Source: an uncultured Verrucomicrobiae bacterium
GTDB taxonomy: Bacteria > Verrucomicrobiota > Verrucomicrobiia > Chthoniobacterales > JAFAMB01
Assembly (NCBI GenBank): GCA_963762565.1
Contig: CAVXLD010000012.1
Span: forward strand, 480,001-544,000
Length of the DNA stretch: 64,000 nucleotides
Reading direction: 5' to 3'
Both the position numbers and the translations under genes were made by a program. Of the stretch, positions 48,241 to 59,201 are shown piece by piece. The first letter of the stretch is position 1. The number at the start of each line of letters is the position of its first letter. The notes beneath the pieces were generated by a model, which was not told where the DNA came from, did not search any database, and saw nothing but the letters and a program-made list of their open reading frames with translations.

Positions 48241-48615
48241 CGTGTCTTTAGCCCCTTCGCCGATTCATCGTTGTGGAGCGCGCCTCGCTTGCGAGGCCGA
48301 CATTGAGCGGGTGGCGACATAGAGATTGGGCTACGGCGGACAGGCTGTCCTCGAATCCGGCCACGCGGAGTGATGGAGTGTGGGAGTGTTGGAGTAGTGC
48401 GCCAAGTCCGAAAAGCATCCGCCTTGGCGGATTGGAGAAGCTAAAGGGGGAGATGGGGCGACGTCTGCTTTGGGTGAGATTTTTCTTCGCGTTTCTTCGT
48501 GTCACTCGCGATCCCTATCGGCTATCGGAATGCGCCATCTGTCATTTGTGATCTGTCATGCGCTTCGCTCCCTTCAGAGTTGCTATAAGCCGGTCGCGAA
48601 AGCTACGATCGCCGG

Positions 48616-48927
48616 ATGAAATCCAAGAAATCTAGGTTTCTTCTCTGCGGGGTTTTGGCAGCTTTACTGCCGGTTTCTGCGGGCCAGGCAGCGCAGGATT
48701 CGGCGTCGGCGTGGCATCCGACGACTTTTTTTGAGGCAGTCATAGCCTCCATCGTTTTCGGCGCAGTCGGGATCGTGCTGGCTGTCGGAGGTTTCAAACT
48801 GTTTGATCTGGTGACGCCGTTCAATCTCGAAAGAGAGATGTGCCAAAACAAGAATATCGCTGTGGGAATCCTATGCGGAGCGATCGTCATCGGCGTTTGC
48901 CACATCATAGCAGCATCGATGAGCTAA
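48616..48927 (+). CDS. DUF350 membrane protein
   Basis: FDLVTPFNLEREM...NIAVGI. Confidence 0.85.
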   Translation: MKSKKSRFLLCGVLAALLPVSAGQAAQDSASAWHPTTFFEAVIASIVFGAVGIVLAVGGFKLFDLVTPFNLEREMCQNKNIAVGILCGAIVIGVCHIIAASMS

Positions 48928-48955
48928 GAGCCCGGACTCTAAGTTTTTCACTCTG

Positions 48956-49210
48956 GTGAAGAAATCCCGAAGCGTCGTTCTGTTGATCACCGGATCGGTC
49001 GTGCTCGCCTCTTGCCAACAAAAGCCGGGTGCTTCTGAAGATATGCTCGCGACTCCGACTCCTACGGCAACGCCGGCGTCCTCATCCTCCAGCTGGCATT
49101 ATTTCTGGAGGAGTTGGCACATCCATTCTTTCTTCGGAAGTAGTTCCTTTTTCAGCGGTATTCTGCGCGGCGGTTTCGGGTCGCATGGTAAAGCCAGCAT
49201 AGCCACCTAG
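48956..49210 (+). CDS. Small lipoprotein (YgiB/DUF1190-like)
   Basis: MKKSRSVVL, LASC lipobox, C-terminal RGGFG; sits directly before the GSP synthase gene. Confidence 0.7.
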   Translation: MKKSRSVVLLITGSVVLASCQQKPGASEDMLATPTPTATPASSSSSWHYFWRSWHIHSFFGSSSFFSGILRGGFGSHGKASIAT

Positions 49211-49211
49211 C

Positions 49212-50324
49212 ATGGAACGCATGACCACCGATCCTCGCCCCGGCTGGCAGGCCAAAGTGGAAAAACTTGGTTTAAGTTTCCATTCTGCAGATGAAACTTA
49301 CTGGGACGAATCGGCCTACTATCTATTTACTGCTGCCGAGATTGATACGCTGGAAGCAGCGACTAACGAACTCCACCGAATCTGCCTTGAGGCGGTTCAG
49401 CATGTCATCGATGCAAACCTTTTTTCACGTTTTCAAATTCCGGACCGGTTTGTACGCCTGATCAAGAATTCGTGGGAACGAGAGGATCTATCGCTTTATG
49501 GACGGTTCGATCTTGCTTTCGAGGGAAAAACGGCGCCGAAAATGTACGAATACAATGCGGATACACCAACCTCGTTACTCGAGGCGAGTGTTATCCAGTG
49601 GCATTGGCTGGAGGAAAGGTTCCCCGAACGTGACCAATTCAATTCGATCCACGAGAAGCTCGTTGCGCGCTGGCGAGAAGGCGGATTGGACAGTTGTGTC
49701 CACTTCGCCTGTATCCGCGATCACAGCGAGGATTTTGCCACGACGGTGTATATGCAAGACACCGCCATCCAAGCTGGGTTAGAAACAAAACGCTTGTTCA
49801 TAGATGAGATCGGCTGGAACGGACGGCATTTCCTCGATTTGGAGAATGCCAGGATAACAACCTTGTTCAAACTGTATCCATGGGAATGGTTCATCGACGA
49901 GCGGTTTAGTCCTTACCTTCTCCGGGAACCATGGCAAATCATCGAGCCAGCCTGGAAAATGGTATTGAGCAACAAAAACATCCTGCCCCTGCTATGGGAG
50001 ATGTTCCCTAATCACCCAAACCTACTACCGGCCTACGCCACACCTGACCGACTTGGCGGCAGCCACGTCAAGAAGCCGGTATTCGGCCGGGAAGGCGCCA
50101 ACATCACGATCACAACCGACGGAACCGAGATTGGCACGGGCGGCGACTACGCTCAAGGCGCCTATATTTACCAGGCGCTCATGCCACCGCCGAAGTTCGA
50201 TGCCGTTTGTGCCGTCATCGGCTCCTGGATTGTGCGCGATGAGGCAGCGGGAATCGGCATCCGGGAAAGTAATGTTCCCATCACGGAGAATACCAGCCGC
50301 TTTATACCTCACCTTTTTTGTTAG
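49212..50324 (+). CDS. Glutathionylspermidine synthase family ATP-grasp ligase (YgiC/YjfC-like)
   Basis: YGRFDL, EYNADTPTSLLE, QFNSIHEKL, FKLYPWEW, GREGAN. Confidence 0.95.
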   Translation: MERMTTDPRPGWQAKVEKLGLSFHSADETYWDESAYYLFTAAEIDTLEAATNELHRICLEAVQHVIDANLFSRFQIPDRFVRLIKNSWEREDLSLYGRFDLAFEGKTAPKMYEYNADTPTSLLEASVIQWHWLEERFPERDQFNSIHEKLVARWREGGLDSCVHFACIRDHSEDFATTVYMQDTAIQAGLETKRLFIDEIGWNGRHFLDLENARITTLFKLYPWEWFIDERFSPYLLREPWQIIEPAWKMVLSNKNILPLLWEMFPNHPNLLPAYATPDRLGGSHVKKPVFGREGANITITTDGTEIGTGGDYAQGAYIYQALMPPPKFDAVCAVIGSWIVRDEAAGIGIRESNVPITENTSRFIPHLFC

Positions 50325-50411
50325 TTTCGGGCGAAGGAATCTTCCGCTGTAGCTCCTATTCGTTATTTGCTATTTGCTATCCGCGGAGCGCTGCCTCTCA
50401 CCGGTCACTTT

Positions 50412-51041
50412 TCACCGGTCACTTTTCACGATCCGCCACGATGGTTCCGTACTAAAATGGCAAATGATCAGTGCTTTCATATAGGCTTCCATATCAGCTT
50501 GTTTGCTGGTGGTAGGGAAAATTGTTTGCTGGAAATTCGTTAAGGCCGGTCGGTCCCGCCAGAATGAGGCGGCTAAAAAGCGGTCCGGGCTATGATCTAG
50601 CCGGCATATCAAAGCACCTAACATTCCGTCGGCACCTTCTAAAGCGGGGTTCCAGATCTGCATTTGTCTCGCCACGAAAATCGGGGAACTATCCGGCTCC
50701 AAAGTTGCATCAGTGATTCGGACGCACCCGGCCGATTCAACCAGAAACCGTGGATCCGATTCGCCAATTCGCATGATCACAGTGGCAACGCTGGTCTCAA
50801 TTCGCGCATAAGTCTCGGTCTGTGGCATAGCCAGATCGTCATGACCAGTCTCCAAGAACCGGCGATAGGTTCCCGGATCGCGCCAGATGGCTAAGATACC
50901 AGCCTTTGCCGGAAATGAGTCAAGCCATCCACCCACTTGACCCATGAACCCGTCGTAGCGTATTAGCTCCGCCCATCGTCTTTGCGCTTGATCGAAGGCC
51001 GCCCGATCCGAAGCCTCTGCTACGATCCATTTCACGAGCAT
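50412..51041 (-). CDS. YdbC/DUF4937 family (ABM-like) protein
   Basis: MLVKWI...FDQAQRRW...GFMGQVGGW. Confidence 0.75.
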   Translation of the reverse strand: MLVKWIVAEASDRAAFDQAQRRWAELIRYDGFMGQVGGWLDSFPAKAGILAIWRDPGTYRRFLETGHDDLAMPQTETYARIETSVATVIMRIGESDPRFLVESAGCVRITDATLEPDSSPIFVARQMQIWNPALEGADGMLGALICRLDHSPDRFLAASFWRDRPALTNFQQTIFPTTSKQADMEAYMKALIICHFSTEPSWRIVKSDR

Positions 51042-51058
51042 GACGCTCTACCTTGCGA

Positions 51059-51839
51059 CTAGATTTGCGTCCAGTCTAGCGTCTCCTTTGACGCACGGCG
51101 TAGCGCTGTCTGTTGATCTTGATCCCCTCGAAGTAGCTTCCGCATCTGGGCCACAAACTCAGTGCTACCCAATAAGACCGTGTACTTCAGACGGTCTTTC
51201 CAGTCCGTTTCCCAGTCCCCGGTTGCCGCCGCATCGCGGAGTTGGCGGCGAAAGGTCTCTTGACGCTTTCGCTGTGAGCCTTGGCCGAAGCACTCCAGAA
51301 TTGCCTGAGTACTTAGCCAATCAACCGGAGTTCTGGTTCCGGCAAAGTATCCGTAAGAACTCCATGGAAATTGCTCCAAGATCTCAACCCGCTGACGAGC
51401 CAGCTCTTTGGCGATCTCAACCTCCGAGCTTGCCCAACCTTCGTGACCGCCAGCGGCCTTAACCCGATCCGGATTGAGATGGATATAGCGGTTGATAATA
51501 ACCGCTTCGTCCGGTTCATGCAGAATCGCTTTAAAACGCCCCTGAAATAACGGACCAACCCGGCTGTACTTGCGGTTTAACCAAACGCTATAGCCAACGT
51601 TGAGCCAATGCATAGCCCGCCCTGAGGTTGGCTTCTGGCGTCTCGAGCTGCAGATGATAATGATTCGGCGTCAGCACGTAGCCATGAAGCTTGACCCCGA
51701 ACCGTCCCGGCAACGCGCTGAGTAGCTCCAAAAACCTTTCGTAACAACGCTGAGAACGGAAGATAGACCGTTTCTCGATGCCGCGGTTGAGCACGTGATA
51801 CCAGGCGCCTGGGAAATCAATCCGGGTCGGTCGAGCCAT
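51059..51839 (-). pseudogene. RAYT-like HUH (Y1) tyrosine transposase, frameshifted and probably 3'-truncated
   Basis: MARPTRIDFPGAWYHVLNRG...YVLTPNHYHL (HUH), one extra base near 51615-51622, then MHWLNVGYS...GPLFQGRFKA...RYIHLNP...PWSSY. Confidence 0.9.
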
Positions 51840-52051
51840 CCGGATTTTGTGCCAACCGCGGGTCAAAAACTCAAGACGATTCTGTGTAATGTATAGACGC
51901 GACCCCTTTAAACCCCGCTTGGAGGAGGCAAAGCAGAAGGATTGTTTTGGGATCTACATCGCTCATGACCGGCTTAGGTGGCGCCCCGGTCTCCCTGTGA
52001 AACATAAGCTCGCCCGCGCACTTCGCGAATAGCAAATACTCCTTCTTTGCG

Positions 52052-53250
52052 TCAGATCAGCGCTTGATAAACCAGATTAATAAAGCGCTCGAAGAGTGCG
52101 TGCTCGTCGTATGGGAGATGTTGGGTAAAGACGAGCATGACGAGTTCTTCTGCCGGATCCACGAGGCATAGGGTGGTCAATTTGCCGGCCCAGCCGAAGG
52201 AACCGAGTGTTCCCAGGGTACCCACCAGACCATTGTTTATACGAACGGCAACCCCGAGTCCTAAACCGTATCCCTGGGCAAAAGTCCGATTCGTAATGCG
52301 TAACCCGCCCAGATGATCGACGGTCATTTGCTCGAAGGCTTTTCGGCTCAAGATGCGAACCCCGTTTAGCTCGCCGCCATTACAAAGCATTTGTCCGAAA
52401 CGGCTGTAGTCTTCGATCGTTGAAAACAAGCCGGATCCACCCTCGGCAAATTTTTTTACCCCGTCGCTGACTTCAAACTCAAAACTCTCGACCGGTTGAA
52501 GCTCGCCGTTTTTGCCATGTTCGTAAACCTTGGCCAAACGATCCCTCTTGGCTTGGTCCACCACGAACCCGGTATCGACCATCCCGAGTGGGTCGAATAT
52601 TCGTTCCTTGAGGAAGTGATCAAACCTCGGCCACTCACGACCTCGACCACCCGCGCCAAAATGTCCATCGAAAACCCGTATTCATACATGGTTCCCGGCT
52701 CTCTTTTCAGCGGTAGCGCGGCTAACATCTTCACCAAATCTGCTAGTGACTCGGCTTTCTCCAGGCCGGCGGATCGATAGAGTTCGTCGACCGGTCCTTC
52801 GTCATCGCCGTAACTGTAACCGGAGCTGTGAGTAAAAAGATGATGGACGGTGATCGCGACTTCCGCCGGGATTAGTTCCCGGTGTTGGGCCGTGCCTCCA
52901 ACAAAGATCTTCATATCGCTGAACTCGGGAAGGTAGTCTTTGATCGAATGCGATAAGCCCAATTTCCCTTCTTCAATGAGGGTCAGAGCCGCCACACCAC
53001 TAACGATCTTCGTGAGGGAGTAGATCCGCGCGATGGTATCGCTTCTCATCGGTTTTCCCTGTTGCCGGTCTCGAAGTCCGGCGGCAAAGAAATCGGCTAC
53101 CTCGCCTTTGCGAAGCAAGAGAGCACAAATACCGGCATGCTTCCCTTCGTCTACGAACGACTCGATCCGGCGATGCAGCCGTTCCAGGCGTTGAACAGAA
53201 AAGCCAAGTTTCGCGGCGCCAGCGTTAGAAGCCGTTGCAGCAGTAGTCAC
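52052..53250 (-). pseudogene. Beta-lactamase-family serine hydrolase, split by a 1-bp frameshift
   Basis: IYSLTK (SxxK) and LFTHSSG in ORF 52456-53250; RFDHFLKERIFDPLGMVDTGF continues in the other frame from about 52628. Confidence 0.85.
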
Positions 53251-53515
53251 GCGGGCAACCTATGAAGGAGTTCGCGAAGTTCAAGGAGCTAACAGTCCGT
53301 GATTGGTGCCTTTATCTCTTAAGCGTCGCCCAAGAAAAAGACACGGTCGATCCAAACCTAGCTGAACAGCTCGGAGCGCTCAGTAGAAAAACCGACGAGG
53401 CATACAATAACGGCGACACCACCACCGGCTCAAGCCGCAACGCCGTCTCCGGCGCCGAGTCCTAGCAACCAATAGTATCTTGATACGCAGAGGTAAGAAA
53501 CGGGTAGGACATTTG

Positions 53516-55930
53516 TCATCCGTCATCTGTGAGCGCAACCAACAACTCACGCATCATTCCCCGCGCTCTCTCCCCGATGATGCTGCCTCCATGGACCTCG
53601 ATTGGCCGCCTTTCCTGACGACGAAAAAGCAAGGAGACCCGGTCGACTCTCGGATCCAGCTCGCCGCTCCGGTCTAGATTCACTGATATTCGAGACGAAT
53701 TGCAGTCAACCCTTAGCCGCCACCTCCAGAAATGGCCTTCCCGATGGCCTTCACTTTCACCGTCATCCTCAAAACACTCACACTCGAATTGCCCGCTGTC
53801 AGGATCCGGCCACACGTAGAAGGCGCGCAGATCATCCCGTTTGGAAAAGTGTTGCTCCGCGAGATTCAGCGCAATGGCGGAACCCGCCTTTGCCAACAGC
53901 GGCGGGCGATCCCAAGGGGCAGGTAGAACAATCTCCTGACCGCCAGAGAAATAAGCTCCGGTCCAGAAATCATACCAGCCGCAACCTTCAGGTAAGTAGA
54001 CGGGCCGCGCCAGTTGACTCGGCTCGACCACGGCAGGAACCAGCAGGTTCGCTCCCACCAACATATCGTCATTCTCATCGTAACACCGCTCATCGTCCGG
54101 GAAGTCAAAAAAGGTGGGCCGGATAACCGGTTCGTAATCTCGATGTGAACGCCAGAGCAAGTCGTACAAATAAGGGATCAGCTGGTAGCGCAGCTTAACT
54201 AAATCGGAAATGTAGGGCGTGATCTCCGGATACATCCAGGGCTCATTGGCAGATCCGTCATCGTTCCAGGAATGGATACTGAAGCGCGGCAGAAAAATCC
54301 CGAATTGCACCCAGCGCAGGAACAGTTCTTGGTCCGGCGCTGGTCCCGAAAAACCACCGATATCATGCCCCAGATTCGACACGCCGGACAACGCCAGTCC
54401 GATTCCCATTTTTAGGTTGTACCGGAGCGACTCCCAAGAGGTGTAATTGTCACCGGACCAAGTCTGTACATATCGGTGCATGCCGACGGCTCCGGACCGT
54501 GAAACTAGAAATGGCCGCTTGACGGGCGCGAATTCACGCTGGGCATCCCTCGAGGTTCGTATCATCAAGAGGGTTTGTAACACCTTCGCTTCGACTGCTC
54601 GCCGTGGCTGACCGAACCCGTGGATCTGGGGCGTTAGGCTCCAGATCTCAAACTCGTTGTTGTCATTCCAGGTCGCAGCGATGCCGTACTCGAGCAACGC
54701 CTCCTTGACTGAAGTTTTCCACCAATCCACCGTCTGCGGGTTGGTGAAGTCGAGATAAGCGCCCACCTCATCCCAGAACTGGGTCAGGGCCGGTTCTCCA
54801 TTCGGCTCATGCACGAAAAGTCCTTTGGCATCGGCCTCACCAAACCGAGGATGATCCCGCAGTAAACATGGTTTGATATTGGGACAAAGCCGAATGCCAT
54901 GCTCCAGAAAATGGCGTACGAAACCAGCCGGGTCGGGGAACTTGCCTCGATCCCAGTTGAACACATAACGTTTACCATCAATCGATGTGTAGCCGGATGA
55001 AAGATGGAACGAATCGCAGAGAATGTCGTGTTCATGGCAGCGCGCCAGGAACTCATTCATTTGTTCCTGGGCATTTGGAGCATCCGTATAAGCCATGGTT
55101 GAACCGGAGTAACCCAAACCCCATTTAGGGGTAAAAGCGGGCCGGCCGGTCAGCCAAGTATACCGGCGCACCACTTCCGCTAGAGTGGCGCCCGCAATGA
55201 AATAGTAGTCAAGATCGCCATAGTCGCCGACGAAATAGCGATAGTGACCGTGATAGTTATCAAGTTCGCGACCGAAATCGAACGTGCAGTCGGCGACGGT
55301 ATCATAGAAGAGGCCGAATCCCGTTTTTTGACGCCGTTTCCAAGTCAAATAGAAAGGGATATGTTTATAAAGCGGGTCGGTCGTTCTGGCGCTATAACCC
55401 ATCGCATCGACGTTAGTCAGCCGGTAGCTTTTGCCAGCTCGATTAGTGTCTCCGGCTCGTTCGCCCAAGCCGAAATACATTTCGTCAGGCTCACGTTTCA
55501 GATAGTGATGAACGCGGTCATCCCACCAACCGAAGTTGTAGCTTTGAGTCGCGCGATCCGCGGCCGCTGGCACCCACTGGTCGCCTTTCCTTGTCTCCCA
55601 CTCGCAGAAAAAGCCTTTCAACCTGATGGTGAGCCGAATGCTTTGAGTGGTCAACTTGAGTTGTTCGGGCGTTTCTACGAGTTCGAACCCAGGCAACGTA
55701 AAATGATCGAGATCGAAGCGGTCCCGGCCAGCCAAAGGAACATCTTCAAGTCCGGGGGCAATCGCCCAGGTCTTGGGAAAGCGTAGCTTTCCATCGGGAA
55801 GTACCAGGACCCGAATGATATCCTGCTCTAAGATGAAGAGATGAATCAGCTGGTTCTGCGAGCTCTGTAGTGTTATCCGAGCTCCGCTCCGCTCAGTGAT
55901 TGAAAAATTCGGTATCTCGCCAACGGACAT
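53516..55930 (-). CDS. GH31 alpha-glucosidase family glycoside hydrolase
   Basis: DPLYKHIPF, TWNDNNE nucleophile, TWSGDN, GHDIGGF. Confidence 0.95.
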   Translation of the reverse strand: MSVGEIPNFSITERSGARITLQSSQNQLIHLFILEQDIIRVLVLPDGKLRFPKTWAIAPGLEDVPLAGRDRFDLDHFTLPGFELVETPEQLKLTTQSIRLTIRLKGFFCEWETRKGDQWVPAAADRATQSYNFGWWDDRVHHYLKREPDEMYFGLGERAGDTNRAGKSYRLTNVDAMGYSARTTDPLYKHIPFYLTWKRRQKTGFGLFYDTVADCTFDFGRELDNYHGHYRYFVGDYGDLDYYFIAGATLAEVVRRYTWLTGRPAFTPKWGLGYSGSTMAYTDAPNAQEQMNEFLARCHEHDILCDSFHLSSGYTSIDGKRYVFNWDRGKFPDPAGFVRHFLEHGIRLCPNIKPCLLRDHPRFGEADAKGLFVHEPNGEPALTQFWDEVGAYLDFTNPQTVDWWKTSVKEALLEYGIAATWNDNNEFEIWSLTPQIHGFGQPRRAVEAKVLQTLLMIRTSRDAQREFAPVKRPFLVSRSGAVGMHRYVQTWSGDNYTSWESLRYNLKMGIGLALSGVSNLGHDIGGFSGPAPDQELFLRWVQFGIFLPRFSIHSWNDDGSANEPWMYPEITPYISDLVKLRYQLIPYLYDLLWRSHRDYEPVIRPTFFDFPDDERCYDENDDMLVGANLLVPAVVEPSQLARPVYLPEGCGWYDFWTGAYFSGGQEIVLPAPWDRPPLLAKAGSAIALNLAEQHFSKRDDLRAFYVWPDPDSGQFECECFEDDGESEGHREGHFWRWRLRVDCNSSRISVNLDRSGELDPRVDRVSLLFRRQERRPIEVHGGSIIGERARGMMRELLVALTDDG

Positions 55931-55945
55931 AGGAGTTTCCCGGAG

Positions 55946-57214
55946 TTAGATGGTGCTGCGCTTAGCCGTACCTCGGAGCAGCACAATGACCACCGTCGCC
56001 CCAATCAGATCGAACAAAGTTAAACAGGCAAACAAAGGGCCATACCCGATGGTTGTGGCCAGGGCGCCGACTATCAGCGAAAAGGTCAATCCGCCGGTCC
56101 AGGCGGCGGTGCCGGTGAGCCCGTTGGCCGTCGCCACTTCATGCGGATCAAACACATCAGCGCTCAATGTGTTCAGCAACGCCGAAATCATTTGGTGAGC
56201 GAAGCCTCCGATGCAGAACAGTGCAATCGCGAGATAAGGGCTGGCAGCCAGTCCGATACAGCCCGGTCCGATCATGAGAATCGCTCCCAAGACTATGCCG
56301 GCAATTCGCGAGGGGATTAGCTTCACCTTGAAATACTTCATCAAGAGCGGTGATAGATAACCGCCAAAGATTCCGCCCAGATCAGCCGCCAGGAAAGGCA
56401 GCCAGGCGAATATAGCGATCTGCTTCAGATCCATGTGGCGTTCGTTCGCCAGATAAAGCGGGATCCAGAAATTAAAGGTTTGCCAGGCCGGCTCGGCTAG
56501 GAAACGAGGTAGGGCGATCCCCCAGAACCGGGCAGAAGAGATAATCTCTAAGATCGGTGGCGGTTTCCGTACCTCTGCTGTGGCTTTCGTTTCCTGGCCC
56601 GCGAGAATGTAATCGCGCTCTTGGTCACCTAGTAACCAATGTTTACTCGGCGACCGGTAGAACAGCCACCAAAGCAGGGCAAAGATGAACCCCAGACCGC
56701 CTGTCACCACGAAGGCCATCTGCCAGCTCGATTGCACTAGAACCCAAATCACTAACGGCGGCGCCAGTAGAGCCCCGAGCGAGGTGCCCGCGTTGAAATA
56801 CCCAACTGCCACCGAGCGTTCTTTAGCTGGGAACCATTCCGAGATCGCCTTGATGCCGGCCGGAATAGCCGAGGCTTCGCTTAGTCCCAGCAATCCGCGA
56901 AAGCAGGCCAGCGAACCCCAACCGGTGGCCAGCGCGTGTAACAAATTCGCTACTGACCAGACAACCGCGAACAAAGCAAACCCAACTTTCAACCCCAAAA
57001 AGTCGAGTATATAGCCACACACAGATTGCATGACCGTGTAACCAACCTGGAAGGCCGCTACGATGTAGGAATATTGCTGGGTGGAGAAACTTAATTTCGT
57101 TTGCAGCACCGGGGCGAGAACCGCCAATGAATTACGTGCCAGGTAATTAATAATTGTCCCCAGACAGATCAGCCCGACTATCCACCAGCGGAGTCCTTTG
57201 AGCTTTTTCATCAT
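55946..57214 (-). CDS. MFS transporter, ExuT/ACS-like
   Basis: LRWWIVGL..GTIINYLAR, EWFPAKERS; co-oriented with GH31. Confidence 0.9.
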   Translation of the reverse strand: MMKKLKGLRWWIVGLICLGTIINYLARNSLAVLAPVLQTKLSFSTQQYSYIVAAFQVGYTVMQSVCGYILDFLGLKVGFALFAVVWSVANLLHALATGWGSLACFRGLLGLSEASAIPAGIKAISEWFPAKERSVAVGYFNAGTSLGALLAPPLVIWVLVQSSWQMAFVVTGGLGFIFALLWWLFYRSPSKHWLLGDQERDYILAGQETKATAEVRKPPPILEIISSARFWGIALPRFLAEPAWQTFNFWIPLYLANERHMDLKQIAIFAWLPFLAADLGGIFGGYLSPLLMKYFKVKLIPSRIAGIVLGAILMIGPGCIGLAASPYLAIALFCIGGFAHQMISALLNTLSADVFDPHEVATANGLTGTAAWTGGLTFSLIVGALATTIGYGPLFACLTLFDLIGATVVIVLLRGTAKRSTI

Positions 57215-57629
57215 TCTGTTGGGGGAACAGCCGCACCGATTACGCGCCCCGGCTTTTGGCGCGAAGCGTTTGCCCGTCGCTCATGTAAGGAGGCCGCCCG
57301 CTCGGGGTTTAGCCAAGCACGAAGAGGGCGGAAAAGGAAGAAAAATAACCGCAAACGAGCGCAAAGAAAGACGGCGAAAATCTCACGCAAAGACGCAAAG
57401 ACGCGAAGGAAAGACAGATTTGACCACAGCCCCCGAACCCCGAAAGCTGTTACCCCGGAAGTTTTCGGGGTTCGGGGGAACACTCTCCGGGGTGAAATGG
57501 ACAAAAATTGTGGAGGCGGTGAGGGGCGTTGCCGGCAAACGCTTGGATCTGAATAGTAGGCTTTGCAGAGCAGAGGCTACCTCGTCTTCCCTTCGCGTCT
57601 TTGCGGCCCTGCGTGAGATTTTCTTCTTC

Positions 57630-59201
57630 TTATCTGCGCAGCAGCATATTAATCCCGGCCGTTACTTCCTCCTCACCTCTGAGCTCCCTCCAACGCGCCC
57701 CCACATATCCATCCGGGCGAACTAACACCCCACCCTTGACCGAAATCCCATAAAGCTCCTCAAATCCGTCCCCAGCAAAATCGCGCTGATTCCGTAGAAC
57801 CCTTACCAAATCACTTTCCACACCCGTTAGTTGACACTCTCTTCCTGTCACCAGCACGAACGTCTCCCCAAAAAGATCCAGCGTAGATTTCTTGTCTCCG
57901 TGCCGATCGATCCATAAATGTGGGGCCCGAGAGCCGGGTCGAGCCGTAGGGTGATAATCATTGATCGGATCTCGAACCGCGGGCTTCTCCGTACCCTCTT
58001 CTATGAACGCACCAAACCCATAACTAAGACCAAGATCCTGGCCCAGCCCGGATCCACCTCTCTGGCTTTTACCTATCAATTCACGCACCTTGTCCCAATC
58101 ATTCTCTATCGCGATCGAAACAATCCTGAAGATCTCGTCTGCCGAACGATTCGTGTTCTGCATCGTCCAATGAGCGACGCCCTGCCGTTCCTGTTGATAC
58201 GTATCAAGGAGCGCCTGCCCAGCTCCACCGTTTATTACAAAAGCAAGCTTCCAAGCCAGGTTATGGACTCCTTGTAAGCCTGTGTTCAGCCCTAGGCCCC
58301 CGCTTGGGGAAAGTCGTGCAGCAGCATCGCCAACTAGAAATAGCCGGCCGCTCCGAAACTGCTGGGCGACCTTCGGGCTCATCACCCATGGCATAACGCT
58401 TAACACTTCGACCGGTTCATCGGGTAACCCGGAAGCCTTTCGAATCATTGATTCCAAGCGTTCCACCGGGAAATCATCGATGGTTTCTCCAGGCTGCAGA
58501 AAATGATGCATTAACCACAACTCTTCCCCGTCAATTGCAACAAAGAACTCAAAGAACTCATTCGAGATCGTATTATACAAAATCGCCGGACGTTCCTCTA
58601 AATGCGCTCCGTACCGCGCTCGGAACATCGTATTCAGAAAGTGTCCCATATCACCCGGGCCATCCGTTTCGATATTGAGTTTGCGCCGGACCCCGCTACC
58701 AGCGCCATCCGCAGCAACTACCCACGGTACATCGAGCAATTCGTTCCCCGGTAAACTCAACCTCACATAATCATCGCGAACCTCGACATCTTGAATCTCG
58801 GTGCCGAACCGAACAGTTGCCAGCGGCTCAGCCGATACCGCATCTGAGAGCACCTTTTCAGTCCTGGTCTGCGGACAATGCAAAGCGGTACAGGGCGTGA
58901 ATTCACTGTGAAGGTCAGTCACAGGAACTCGTCCCAGTTCTTCCCCGACTAGCGATTTAGACCAAATCGCTAAGAACCGATCGTCACGCCCAAGTAACCC
59001 TTCTGCGATCGCGTCGATTAACCCGAGTTGCCGATACAATTCCGCTGTCCGCCGAGAGACCCCCATAGCCTTTGGATGAGTCGAGATCCCGGGCTTCTTC
59101 TCAAAAACCGTGCACTTAACTCCCGCCCGGGCCAACAATAGGGCCGTCATCAATCCACAAGGCCCGGCGCCAACGATCGCAACTGCCGAATCTGAGTTCA
59201 T
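57630..59201 (-). CDS. FAD-dependent aromatic monooxygenase
   Basis: IVGAGPCG, AADGAGS, LVGDAA, GLNTGLQGVHNLAWKL, LVRPDGYV. Confidence 0.93.
   Translation of the reverse strand: MNSDSAVAIVGAGPCGLMTALLLARAGVKCTVFEKKPGISTHPKAMGVSRRTAELYRQLGLIDAIAEGLLGRDDRFLAIWSKSLVGEELGRVPVTDLHSEFTPCTALHCPQTRTEKVLSDAVSAEPLATVRFGTEIQDVEVRDDYVRLSLPGNELLDVPWVVAADGAGSGVRRKLNIETDGPGDMGHFLNTMFRARYGAHLEERPAILYNTISNEFFEFFVAIDGEELWLMHHFLQPGETIDDFPVERLESMIRKASGLPDEPVEVLSVMPWVMSPKVAQQFRSGRLFLVGDAAARLSPSGGLGLNTGLQGVHNLAWKLAFVINGGAGQALLDTYQQERQGVAHWTMQNTNRSADEIFRIVSIAIENDWDKVRELIGKSQRGGSGLGQDLGLSYGFGAFIEEGTEKPAVRDPINDYHPTARPGSRAPHLWIDRHGDKKSTLDLFGETFVLVTGRECQLTGVESDLVRVLRNQRDFAGDGFEELYGISVKGGVLVRPDGYVGARWRELRGEEEVTAGINMLLRR

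Noticed and set aside
51600..51630. Programmed frameshift in the transposase
   Set aside because: No slippery heptamer is visible and the gene also appears 3'-truncated.
53262..53465. 67-aa ORF between serine hydrolase and GH31
   Set aside because: Begins in a GGAGTTC repeat module, opposite to flanking genes, with no family signal.
4015..57725. Many short ORFs containing NRSPEILRGE, SPITNH, ICVNLR or AKAEG (e.g. 4015, 12688, 18809, 25893, 33248, 38255, 44028, 57198)
   Set aside because: Translations of intergenic repeat modules with no independent coding signal.
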